DNA of 64,000 bases. Origin: Ylistrum balloti. Its lineage: Eukaryota. Below the pieces are notes generated by a model. It was not told the origin of the DNA, ran no database searches, and saw only the letters and a program-made list of their open reading frames with translations. The translations under genes and the position numbers were made by a program. The stretch is taken from NCBI RefSeq assembly GCF_031769215.1, contig NW_026782051.1, positions 1,054,001 to 1,118,000 on the forward strand. The letters are read 5' to 3'. Positions within the stretch are counted from its first letter, which is position 1. Every line of letters begins with the position of its first letter. Shown here one piece after another: positions 36,291-49,300 of this stretch.

Positions 36291-39200
36291 GACTCAAATA
36301 CAAGCTTCTGAGAGAGGTTTATGTCCGTCATTATGAAATATTAATCAAAAGGAAGTTGGATGCATTAGATGCTAATTGGGCTTTTGTATGGCACAGAAAT
36401 GCAAATGACAATAAAATTATCCATTAGTTCACAAGTCAATTGTTCAGCTCTTTCTACTACACAGTGATTTGATAAAACATCGATGATGGTACGATCATAA
36501 TGACATATATCAGAACTCTTTTAACTTATTCTGCAACACTTCAACAGTCTTTTCTTTAAGCTGCTCAAGTGACTAGGGTTACAACTCCCTTTCAGTCTTC
36601 CAATTTTTCAAACTTAAACATAAAATCAAAGACAACCTTATTTCTACTGAAAACAATATAATCTAGTTGATTTATTTAGGAATTGCATTTTAACCCCATA
36701 GAGACCTCTCATAGTCAGGATCTAAATTTTCAATTGATTTAGTAACAATGTATCTCGGTTCCTAAACATCTGTATTGTAGATACAAAACAATGACATATG
36801 ACGACTAAATATAAAGGTTTTTGGAATTAAATTCAAACTATTATTGGGTACTCTAAATCTGAAGACTGCTCAAACCACATTGAAATCTTTGACCATGAAA
36901 ATAATTTTTCCTGAACTTTCATAGAATTAGGAAATTTCAGTGAATTTTCACGAAACTCCCTGAATTTTCACTGACCTTAAAAAATCACATGAACTTCCCT
37001 GACTATTTCACTGACCTGGCAACCTTGATGGTGGTTTTGTGGGTCACCTTGACATTATTGAGTTTGAATTAAGATTCTGTTACTATGGCATTGTTTACTT
37101 ATTGGTATTGTCCGGTCAAGATACATATATATGACCTTGACCTTTATTTCATTGTCCAGTCATGTTAGTGGATACATCTGCAGCCTTCATTTTCCTTTGT
37201 ATCATATACCCACAGCTTATTTTCCTGTATACATCAATATATATACCTATACATCTATTCCTGTATGTTACAACCACATATTAACAATTGTTTTAATGGA
37301 CTTTTTGATTGGAGTCTGATCATGCACTGCTCCCTTGACCCCAAAAATATATGACACGAACAAGCCCTCAACAGTTCCTTTGCTTTTAATACAGACATTC
37401 ACATACATTACACAGCAAATACATATGGTATCGATCACACAGTGACATATAAACCAATATCACAGGTCAAGTAACAATTTGTTGGGTGATCACATTTGCT
37501 TAGCATTTGGGCATTACTTGCATACTACCAAAGCCAATCACACAAGAGATAAGCCAATCACACAAAGAGATAAATTTCACATTCATAAAGCACTTCAGTT
37601 GTTAATTTGCATACTTTGAGGATGGTATCCTGTTGAACACATCTACAAGTCTTGAATATGACAAAGAATAATTCAGTTTTTAAAATTGTACAATCTAGAG
37701 TGGCAACTTGAGGACATTAGATATGAAACCATTAAAAACATTTCTATCAACATCAAAAAGTTCATCACACACGTAGCACTTAGAAAACAGGAAATCAAAG
37801 TTAATATCCCATATTGGGCTGGGATGTTAAGGACACAAGGCTTACTTAACATCACACATATTGGATGATGCAGAAAATCAAGTTTCATAGCATTCTGATT
37901 GGTTGATAAGATAAAATGTATCTTGTTTGTTTTCATTGGTTTAAATTTTACAGGGTGCAAGTGAAAAGCATCTTATCATAGCTATTATTCTGATAAATTT
38001 ACAATCATGTTTAAAATTACGTCATTATAATTTCATTGATAACATGTATAAACACTAAGTATACAAAAGATTATGACATTAAACATTCATACCACCTCAC
38101 ATCCATCAATATATTGTAAACACATTTTGCTTGCCTTAGAAGAGTTCAACATCAGATGGTCTATCTGTACTGTAAACTCACAGTGGAGAATTAATTATAA
38201 AGTAATGTTTCTTCTGTCACACTGACTTCTGGTTTTTTGTCATCAACATCCTGATTAAGTTAAATGTGCAATAATCCTAGAGAGGTATCTACATTACATT
38301 ACTGTATAAATGATCCAGGTAACTACTCACAATCTCTTTATTTCAGTCTTATTAAATCCTTTTGTTTATCTGAGATTTTTTCCAGGTTGACAGTCCTGTA
38401 TCTAAAGTATACAAATGCATTAAGGTCCATATCAGTCAGAGATTTTTAAACTCTTACAAATAGTAAAGGTTGATTAGAGCTTGGGTACACATATTGTATT
38501 TCTATACTTTTTAGGTTAAATATGTACCGTGTTACACTTTGTAATGTTCACCGATGACTTCTTTTGTTGTAGAAAGTAAACTAAAGCCTACAGGTCATTT
38601 TGGGCTGTAGTGCAGATTTATGCACTGTGATAGTTAAAAATGTCTCTCCATGTCTAAAATAAATTAAATAATTTACAGTAGACTTGCAAAAGAAGTCAAA
38701 TTTGTATTGCACAAAAGTGTAACACAGCACATATTTAACTACAAAAGTGTATATGTAGGTACAATGGCCTGAATCCGCCAGTATTATTTTAAGTATAGAA
38801 CTAAAACAGCTAACTTGCACTTTGATATCAATGCCAAGACTAATCTGAGTGAAATCTGCAATGTACATTACATTATCTATACATTCATATCAGTGTTTTT
38901 GTAAAATACTAGATTTTGATGAAACCTGCTTACTATTTCTACTACACAAAGCCAAAGGAGAAGTTCAAAAATGAGCAACATCTGCACATATTGGTATGAC
39001 CTGTCAATACTGTTCTCTTATCGGTTCATAATTTCTGCACATAAGTTTATGATATATGAATATGAATGGATATGTGGTCAAAGAATAGAAATAACTAACC
39101 AGTTAAGATAAATGTGATCATGATCAAAGGGAGGCAACACCTACAAATAATTACTTTACTTGTATAAATTTAACAATATTTCATGATATATTTCATCCCA

Positions 39201-40172
39201 ACTTCCCCTTTACACCATATTACAGGAATAATTCTCAATTACTGCAAAGGAAATGTTTTCCTCTTGTAAGACAGATTGATGAGTATTTTTTAAAGTATAT
39301 CACAAAGATCCTATAAACAAACTGCCAGTATGAACTATCAATGACATTGTATATACTTGATATGTTAACACAATGAAGTCAACCTATCAGACAGATAACA
39401 TTTGGACAAACATAGGAAGCTGTTTTTCAGTCAACTCTGAAAGCCAACAGGGTAAGAAATTTAAGGAAGAGTAAATGCCTTGTGCCAATGTTTGAAAGAG
39501 AAATTTTTCACCATTAAGTTATCTTTCATTTACTCACTTAATAGAGATAAATAATGCTTTTGTGCACCATTTAAAGTGTTACTTCCCCTGAAAGGCTTTG
39601 ATTATCATCAAGCAGTTATATACATATTAGTGCAGATTTGAGTATTTTGTGATGTTGTGTACCAGATTACAAGAAGGGTATAAGAGAATGAACATCTGAA
39701 TCCAGAATTCAGGGCAAGGGGGAAAAAGTTAAAAAGACAAATAAGTTGATTACAAAGGTAGGAGTCTTATCTAGAACAACAATGGTATGTAGAGCAGTTT
39801 CATGATAACTGCTGTTTCCACTAAAGATGATGGTAACTTAGACAAAGAACTAAGGTAAGGACTCTTATCATTTGCAGAATAAAAGCTGACTGTACAATAT
39901 AACTCCACTGCCTAGAGTTTTCAATACAACCTCACTTTGTTTCACATTTTCTGCCACACATTTTCTCTGAACGAGTCCTCCATATTGCTGAAATATTTCA
40001 CATATCACAATATTGCTGCAAAATGATCACTGCATAACTTGTTACTAGCTTGACTTTCCTATTGATGGATTATGCAGAATAACTTCAAAGTATAAAGTTC
40101 AATAAGAAGTGGAATCCTGTATTGCACAAGTAGTCTAATATAATACTCAGGAAAGGAGTTTTAGATGTAAGA

Positions 40173-40378
40173 TCAAGCCTTCCCAGCAGGCACTAGTGAT
40201 GAAGTAGATTTCAGTCGTCCAATGTGATCTAAGGTTGCACATTTGCAGTCACATCCTGTTACAGGGCATTGTGGGTGATCTTTGAACCAAGAGGTGATGT
40301 GTGAAGCATGACCACCATGGCGACATGTCTGACACCATGTAAACCAATCATCTAGTGGAGTCAGCTTGTTTTCTAAAT
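40173..40378 (-). CDS. MIOS: MIOS exon 26 (last)
   Basis: [36 protein letters not shown]...stop. Confidence 0.95.
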
Positions 40379-43300
40379 CTGAAACAAACATAAAAGTACA
40401 TTAAATTCTTATTAAAACAACATAAGTTCACACAAGTTCTAAGTTGAATATGTATACGATGCCACATTAATGAGAAAATTAAATTAAAATTCCAGGTAAT
40501 ACCAGACAGAAAGACTTAACATTGTGTGACAAATGAAACTGACCACTATATGATACAAGAAAGTCTGACCAATATGTTACAGGTGAGAATGATGTTAAGT
40601 TTACAGGTGAGACTGACCACTGCATGTTACAGGTAAAATTGAGCTTTATGGTCCATGTGTATGTTACAGATAAGACTAACCTTTATGCTCTGTCTGTTGA
40701 CACAGTGTAGATCCTGAGGGAGTCCCAAGGTTTGTCAGACACACTGCACACCTAGGTAGGGGCTTCCTACAGCCTGGGCAGCAACTTATCTGACAGTTTA
40801 AGTGGCAGATTATAGAAAATGTGTGCAAAATATAACATTTTCGACAGAAGGAACAGCATAACTTTTATCCAAATGTTTATGGACAAATCTTGCTATATTG
40901 AAACTAATTTAATGGTAATTGTTTAAGATTATAACAGTTGACTTACCCTGTTAACTAACAGTAGATTTCTATAATTATTTACAAGTACAAGACACTATGT
41001 ATAAATACTTTTGATTTTCAGTGATTTTTGGATATAGACAAAAATCAATTTCAAAGGATTAGAAATAGAAAAAAAACTGAAAAAATGACTGGACTCATTG
41101 TTCATTGAAATCATTATACATGTATCAGGTGTTTTAAAAATCTTACACCTATATACCATTAAATGAGAAAGGCTTAACACCAAAACAAAACAAAATTTTG
41201 TTTCCTGCTTCATAACTCAAAACACAAATGTTCCAGACATTTTTCTTTGGGTTTCATGGCACAGCCACATCCACGAGCAACAGGTAAAGTAATTGTGTAG
41301 TTCTATACAACACACATGTAATAAAAGTATATGTTTTACTATTTATTTGCACACATTATGCTAGTCACTAAAAACCCAACAATAAACCATACTGGGTTGA
41401 TTAAAAGTTACCAAGCAATATACAGGGTTTGTCAAGTCCCACATAGCAGTACACATGTCAGTCAAGGGTCACATGGCAGTGTACAGGGTTAGTCAAGGGC
41501 CATATAGCAGTACACATGTCAGTCAAGGGTCACATGGCAGTGTACAGGGTTAGTCAAGGGCCATATAGCAGTACACATGTCAGTCAAGGGTCACATGGCA
41601 GTGTACAGGGTTAGTCAAGGGCCATATAGCAGTACACATGTCAGTCAAGGGTCACATGGCAGTGTACAGGGTTAGTCAAGGGCTATATAGCAGTACACAT
41701 GACAGTCAAGGGTCACATGGCAGTGTATAGGGTTAGTCAAGGGTCATATAGCAGTACACATGTCAGTCAAGGGTCACATGGCAGTGTACAGGGTTAGTCA
41801 AGGGCCATATAGCAGTACACATGTCAGTCAAGGGTCACATGGCAGTGTACAGGGTTAGTCAAGGGCCATATAGCAGTACACATGACAGTCAAGGGTCACA
41901 TGGCATTGTACAGGGTTGGTCAAGTCCCACATAGCAGTACACATGTCAGTCAAGGGTCACATGGCAGTGTACAGGGTTAGTCAAGTCCCACATAGCAGTA
42001 CACATGTCAGTCAAGGGTCACATGGCAGTGTACAGGGTTAGTCATAAGCAGGCCATATAGCAGTACACATGTCAGTCAAGGGTCACATGGCAGTGTACAG
42101 GGTTAGTCAAGGGCCATATAGCAGTACACATGTCAGTCAAGGGTCACATGGCAGTGTACAGGGTTAGTCAAGGGCCATATAGCAGTACACATGTCAGTCA
42201 AGGGTCACATGGCAGTGTACAGGGTTAGTCAAGGGCCATATAGTCATATATAGCAGTATACAGGGTTGGTTAAAGGGTCACACAGTCATGTACAGTGTTG
42301 GTTAAGTGTTATCTAGCAGGACCCCAACATAAAAATAAAGTTAGCTTTGGCTTGATCTTACAGTTGAGGACTTTTAATACCTTTGGCTTGTTGGCAGACA
42401 TGGACATCATTGAACGTGACATGAGACGGAATGGAGCCTGCGTATTACACGCTATTGACTTCCCACAAAAGTTACAGCTGACATACGCCTGTGGTCGATT
42501 GTGTCGCAATGAACTGTGACTATCACTTGAGTGGCGAATGATGTCAAACTCAGCTCTGTGATGTAAAAATTGAAATAATTGCATGATGGACTTCAAAAGA
42601 AGATAAAAAAGTCCAGGAAAATATACACACAACAGTTAGAATTTTATCCTTTTGTCTGTACATGTAAATTCACAAGGCAAAGTACATTGTATCAAAAGGA
42701 AGAACATTATCTTTATGACAGTAATATTGGGAATTAAAAGGAGCCATTAACGAAATGTGAGGATGCTTGTAGAGAATGTATCGGTACTTTGTGGACTCAG
42801 GTGCTTCCTTTGAAATCCATCTATATTTTGCAGACCAACTAAATCTTTCAGAAATGAGATACATGATTTTTAATAAAGGAACTCTAGGCTTATCAGAAAA
42901 AATATCCCACAAGAAACAGTGTTGGTAAATCTGTGTGGTGCTACTATTCCATAATTACTAACCTTTCATGCCAGAGTTTCCACCTGTCCAGAAGTTCTCT
43001 GTAGCTGTAACAAAAAAAAAACAAAACAAAAATGGTATTAAAACCATTTCAAAAGGATATCTGCACACAAAATATGATATTGTCTAGGATACTAATAAAA
43101 GATCTAGGATACTAATAAAAGATTTTTTCAATTCAAATTTTTCCACTTTGTCAACCATGGAATAAAACTGAGAAAAAGTGATATCTTGGAAATTAAATTT
43201 CTAGAGAAATTTAGATGAAGTCTATACGTTTTGTGAAATACATCGTTTTTGCTTTAAGCTTTCATATGTAGTGTGATTAATGTTGTTACTTATTTCTCAA

Positions 43301-46300
43301 AATATGTAACAAGTAACAACCCATTTACAACACATCAATTACAGATATTTCAATAGGAATCTTCTTTTCTACAGCTCCTTCAGCCATGAGTGAGATATAC
43401 TGACCTTTCGATCCATGTGATAACTTTGTCATTGTTTGACATCTCACAAGGAAATGTGTAGACAGCAGCAAGGGCAGCGGTCTGTATATCACCTGTCCTA
43501 TCAACATAGTTCTGTAGGAGTTCTACCCCCTCCAACGTCAGTCCTAGATAGGGAACACAAAGTAACTACCATCACAACTTTTCTATCAACATAATTCAGT
43601 AGAAGTTCTACCCCCTCCAATGTCAGTCCTAGATAGGGAACACAAAGTATATACCATCACATCTTTTCTATCAACATAGTTCTGTAGAAGTTCTACCCCC
43701 TCCAACGTCAGTCCTAGATAGGGAACACAAAGTATCTACCATCACATCTTTTCTATCAACGTAGTTCTGTAGAAGTTCTACCCCCTCCAATGTCAGTCAT
43801 AGATAGGGAACACAAAGTAACTACCATCACAACTTTTCTATCAGCATAGTTCCGTAGAAGTTCTACCTCCTCCAATATCCTACTTCCATTCAGATAAGTC
43901 ATTCCATTGTTACAAAAAATACACTACAATATTACACAGACTGATTCTAGGGTATTTATCGAAATGTGAATTCATTTCACAAAAGAAAGAAGGTCACACT
44001 GTTTTAACAATTATATTAAATAATTATAACTGACTTAGGTGTAGATTCTGCTGTTCACTTTCAATATCTAATAAGGTAAAATTCTTACATTAATCTGTTT
44101 CAAGCTGGTACTTTTCATAGGCTCATAAGCTGATATCTGCTTGATATCACTTTTCTGTCTGTAAACATATAACCAATGTTTTCTTACTTTGTACCTTGAT
44201 ATGTGACACTTAAATAAAATATAATGCTGTATATATATATATCAACATAATGTTGCTTAATTATTCTGATCAAATACCAGTAAGAAGTAGGCCATCCAAA
44301 CATCCCTGGTCCTTCATACGACAGCTAAGACTGTCCACATATTCCTTTAACTGAGGAGAAACAAAATATACACTAAATTAATGATCTCCTTCTATATAAA
44401 TACAATATACTTTATCAACATTATCAATCAAAAAAATCAAGCCATTACTTAACAGCATGATTTCGACTGTTAATGGACTTTTAATCTTGTAACAAAATGA
44501 GTAAAAAAATGGGTTTAATAGTAATTTTGGAATGGTGTGTATCGTAGAGAGCAGCATCTTAGTTTAAAGTACATCAGGTCAAAAGTCAGTTAATCCCGTG
44601 AGTGATAGATAGTGATGCACGCCTGATAACGGGCGGGGTGTGTACCCAAGTGGTGAAGCACAGTGGCAGAATATCGCCATTATGATTGATCAGGACAGAT
44701 AGATGCTTTCTTGTATGCCTCGCGCTGGCGAACACATTTGTAAGTAAACAAGATAAGAAACAATGTATAAGGTAGATCAAAGATGGGAAGTTGATAACGG
44801 GTACTCCTAGTCGCACGTGCCTTCATAATTAGATGCTCCGGGGGCTGGGTTATTGTTGTCCAATTGAGACTAGGCTTAAATTAAGTATTTGGGTATTATT
44901 TATACAAAGATAATAGCCAGCAGAAGTGTAGTCGAGTCTGGGATCGAGTAGCTAGAGAGAGAGTTGGGAGTCGGACGTGCAGACGGGCAGAGTCCCGTAT
45001 GGGACCTGCTCCGCGATGGAGTGGGTCCTGGCCAAGTTGGCCCATGGACATTTGTATGGAACTCTTTGATATGGACGGGCAGGTTTTTCGTTGTTGTCTG
45101 CCTTACACAGGTGTTTAGTTTTGGTGCCACGACATGATGCTGTATGTTGATTAGGAACTATCTTTTGTAATGGATACTAACGCGAAGTACTAACTATGGA
45201 AAACCACTATACGATGAAATAAAAGTTTCGGTCAACCCAAGTAAACACTGTGTTTAGTCATTGTGTTACAATCTTCCATGAGGTTCTGTTTGATATTATT
45301 GTGTTGATGAACAATTAAAACTTCTGTAAGGCCCTGTATGATGTTGTGTTGATGAACAATTAAAACTTCTGTAAGGCCCTGTATGATGTTGTGTTGATTG
45401 ACAATTAAAACTTCTGTAAGGCCCTGTATGATGTTGTATTGATCGACAATTAAAACATCTGTATGGCCCTGTATGATATTGTGTTGATTGACAATTAAAA
45501 CATCTGTAAGGCCCTGTATGATATTGTTGTGTTGATCAACAATTAAAACTTCTGTAAGGCCCTGTATGATATTGTGTTGATCGACAATTAAAACATCTGT
45601 AAGGCCCTGTATGATGTTGTGTTGATCAACAATTAAAACTTCTGTAAGGCCCTGTATGATATTGTGTTGATCGACAATTAAAACATCTGTAAGGCCCTGT
45701 ATGATGTTGTGTTGATCAACAATTAAAACTTCTGTAAGGCCCTGTATGATGTTGTGTTGATCAACAATTAAAACTTCTGTAAGGCCCTGTATGATGTTGT
45801 GTTGATCAACAATTAAAACTTCCGTAAGGCCCTGTATGATATTGTTGTGTTGATGGTTTTGAGTGAAAACACTTTTTCATGTTATCAATATTCTGGCAAT
45901 GTGGGAAGGCAAATTTAGTTTTTGGTGATTTAACTTCTATCTGAGTTTAAGAATAACAGGTTGAACACTAAAGTGAACAAGCTGGACATGATTATACATA
46001 ATTAATACCTGGTATATGTCCTGATTTTATTACAAACAGACAGGCTGAATACTACTGCACTAGAATGTTACAGCTGCCAATGTCCAAGTATCTTAATTCC
46101 TTATTTCAGTAAATTTGATAATAGATTGTATTTTCCTTTCTACTGTTTTGTCCATATGGGTGTACCTTTTGATCTGATAGGTATATACAGGCAAAAGCCA
46201 GTCGGTCAGCAACGGTCATACAGTTATCATCTGCCTGAACAAAGAAACAATAAAAGGTGGTCAGCCAACTGAAGTTATCAAGGAACTTACCATTAAGATA

Positions 46301-49300
46301 TCGCTGTATAGCATGCTTTCAACAGCTGCTCATTTTGAATTTTGAACGACAACTAAATATAAATGATGAAAGATTTTAATTCAAACACTATTAATACTTT
46401 AAAATGTTAAAACTTGTCCTAATGAAAAAAATTAAATAAAAAAAGCACACACACTGAAATCTAGTTCCAAAAACCCAAAATAAAACATTAAGTATGTATA
46501 TTTACTAATGACCAGCCCACCATTACCAGGTACTTTTTTATATACAACAAAGCTATCTTAAAATTGCATTTTCTATTTCAAAATAATAATAATCCCATAT
46601 CAGATATAACAAAATTTGTACCAAAATTTCATCATAGTTTTCTTTGTCACTGGCAAGAAAGCAGAACATTGCCCGAAGATATGGATCATGGACAGTTTGC
46701 AGTAGGGATCCACAAGTACGACGCCACATTGTCTGTTGTTCCTCAGTGTACCCAGCTATTGCCATGGCAACTGCACTTAAGTTTTCATAACCTGTCGTAA
46801 AAGATTTACTTTTACCTAAGTCATGAAATTTAAAGAACTACTATGAACAATCTAAAAGTATGATTCATGATTCCATTTTTTATAAGTTTGGCAAATTCAT
46901 TCTGATATTTTGAACACTATGCCTTTACAAACATAGTTAAATTTAGAAACAAATATGATTAGCACATCAAACATCAGACAGAATAATTTTGTACCTTGCT
47001 TTGCAGCAGTCCTACTTAGAATCTGTATGGACTTGCCCATCTTCAGGTTGAACAGAGCTACGGCAGCAGCCTTGGTGTATTCTGTTTGTGTTTCAAGTCT
47101 GTAAACAATGGAGTACAAAAATGGAGTTCAATCACTACTACAACATGATACAGGCCACATCTCCCAGCGGAAGGCAAATATCCCATATTTTCAACCCTAT
47201 TTTGTCTCATGAGGACAATGGTTGAAGTACAGTTGACAATAGACAACCTGACATGAACAACTATTACCTCTCTGTCCTCTGCTTTACATCTCCCCTTTCT
47301 GTTAGTGGGATTCTATAAGCTGAATTGATCAACATCCAATTTATATAAGTACTGAGTATGACTTCCACAGCAGCTTAGTTTAACACTTACTCCTCAAGAA
47401 ACAGGTCCACCATCTCCTGGTTTCTCCATCCACACAAACGTATTGCTCTTGTCCTACAGAAGTAATGAATTAATTTTGAATTTATTTAAATCTATTATTT
47501 TCTGTTATAAAATTGTGATGCATAGAATCTTTAGAATTCTGAAATGCCTGTAAAACACATTGTTTCTCTGCCTTTTTGAAGTTCCTGTAATTACATGGAA
47601 TATTAAAACAAACTATTAAATTAAATAATAATATTTCCAAATTGCTAATAACAGTTGAACAAATTTAATTACTCTCTTGACAACATATAACATAAACTTG
47701 GATGGATTTCATATTTGTTAATGGAACCTGAATTAAATTGCTTGACCACCAATTAAACATCCTATCAACTAGTTAGATAAAATTCTGATTTAACCATCAG
47801 CACAGAGCCAAGATCCTTAACGAGGCAATGAGTCTATATAACCATTTCTTCCTAAACCCTTATCCCCAATCATAAATTAAATGATTTGTGAAAGGAACAC
47901 CTTAGAATATATAGACATCCCATCTTCTGATCTACTAAAACTAAAACCTAATCTGAATTAAAAACCATCCACTAAAACATTAATTTCCAAAAGGATTAAA
48001 ATAAAATCAAAATATTTTTACGATATGACAGTGATTTTTCCCTGTTTTTTCATTGGTCGATTCTAAATGTTCCCATATTGCTTCAAGCCTTAATCACTAC
48101 AACTATACTAGGTGTATCCAATATAATAAAACAGTTATTGACCTGTTTTTAGGTGAGTACAATGATTTATCAACCCTCGAAAATAAGTTTGGAGAATACA
48201 CTGAAGTGATAAGAAACTTAATATTGCACATCACCCCTGTGCACTTACCTTTCCTCACTAGTGTACATCCTCATCTTCCTAAGGTTATTCAGAATGTTGC
48301 CGTCTACTTCCTGCCAGGGACAGTAAATTACGTTGTTACTGCTATCATTGTCCTGTCGTAGGAGACTTTTGATTCCTGTACATCGGGACATGTTCATCTT
48401 CGTTTGTGATTTCCTGCTCTCATCAACTAACTGTCTGGTTACTATTTGAAATTAAGGATGGAATGAGAGTGAAAATATATTTATTGGGTCAAGGTATTCT
48501 TACCTTACCAAGGATAAAAGACAACCATCACCATACCCTAATTTAGTTTGTCAATTCAACTTACCTCATAGTGAACAAAGATACAGGACAACCACCACAA
48601 CACCACCCAAATCTTGCCTCATAGTGTACAAAGATACAGGACAACCACCACAACACCACCCAAATCTTACCTTATAGTGCACAAGGATACAGGACAACCA
48701 CCACAACAACACCCAAATCTTACCTTATAGTGCACAAAGATACAGGACAACCACCACAACACCACCCAAATCTTACCTTATAGTGTACAGAGATACTGTA
48801 CAACCATTACAACACCACCCAAATCTTACCTTGCAGTGTACAGGGATACAGGACAACCATCACAACACCACCCAAATCTTACCTCATAGTGTACAAAGAT
48901 ACAGGACAACCATCGCAACAACACCCAAATCTTACCTTATAGTGCACAAGGATACAGGACAACCACCACAACAACACCCAAATCTTACCTTATAGTGCAC
49001 AAAGATACAGGACAACCACCACAACAACACCCAAATCTTACCTTGTAGTGTACAGGGATACAGGACAACCATCGCAACACCACCCAAATCTTACCTTATA
49101 GTGCACAAAGATACAGGACAACCACCACAACACCACCCAAATCTTACCTTGTAGTGTACAGGGATACAGGACAACCATCGCAACACCACCCAAATCTTAC
49201 CTTATAGTGCACAAAGATACAGGACAACCACCACAACACCACCCAAATCTTACCTTATAGTGTACAGGGATACAGAACGACCATCACACACATCCCCCTT

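Noticed and set aside
48332-48441. Shorter MIOS exon 16 ending at AAC|GTAATT
   Set aside because: The frame stays open and homologous up to a stronger donor at 48249, whose phase fits exon 17.
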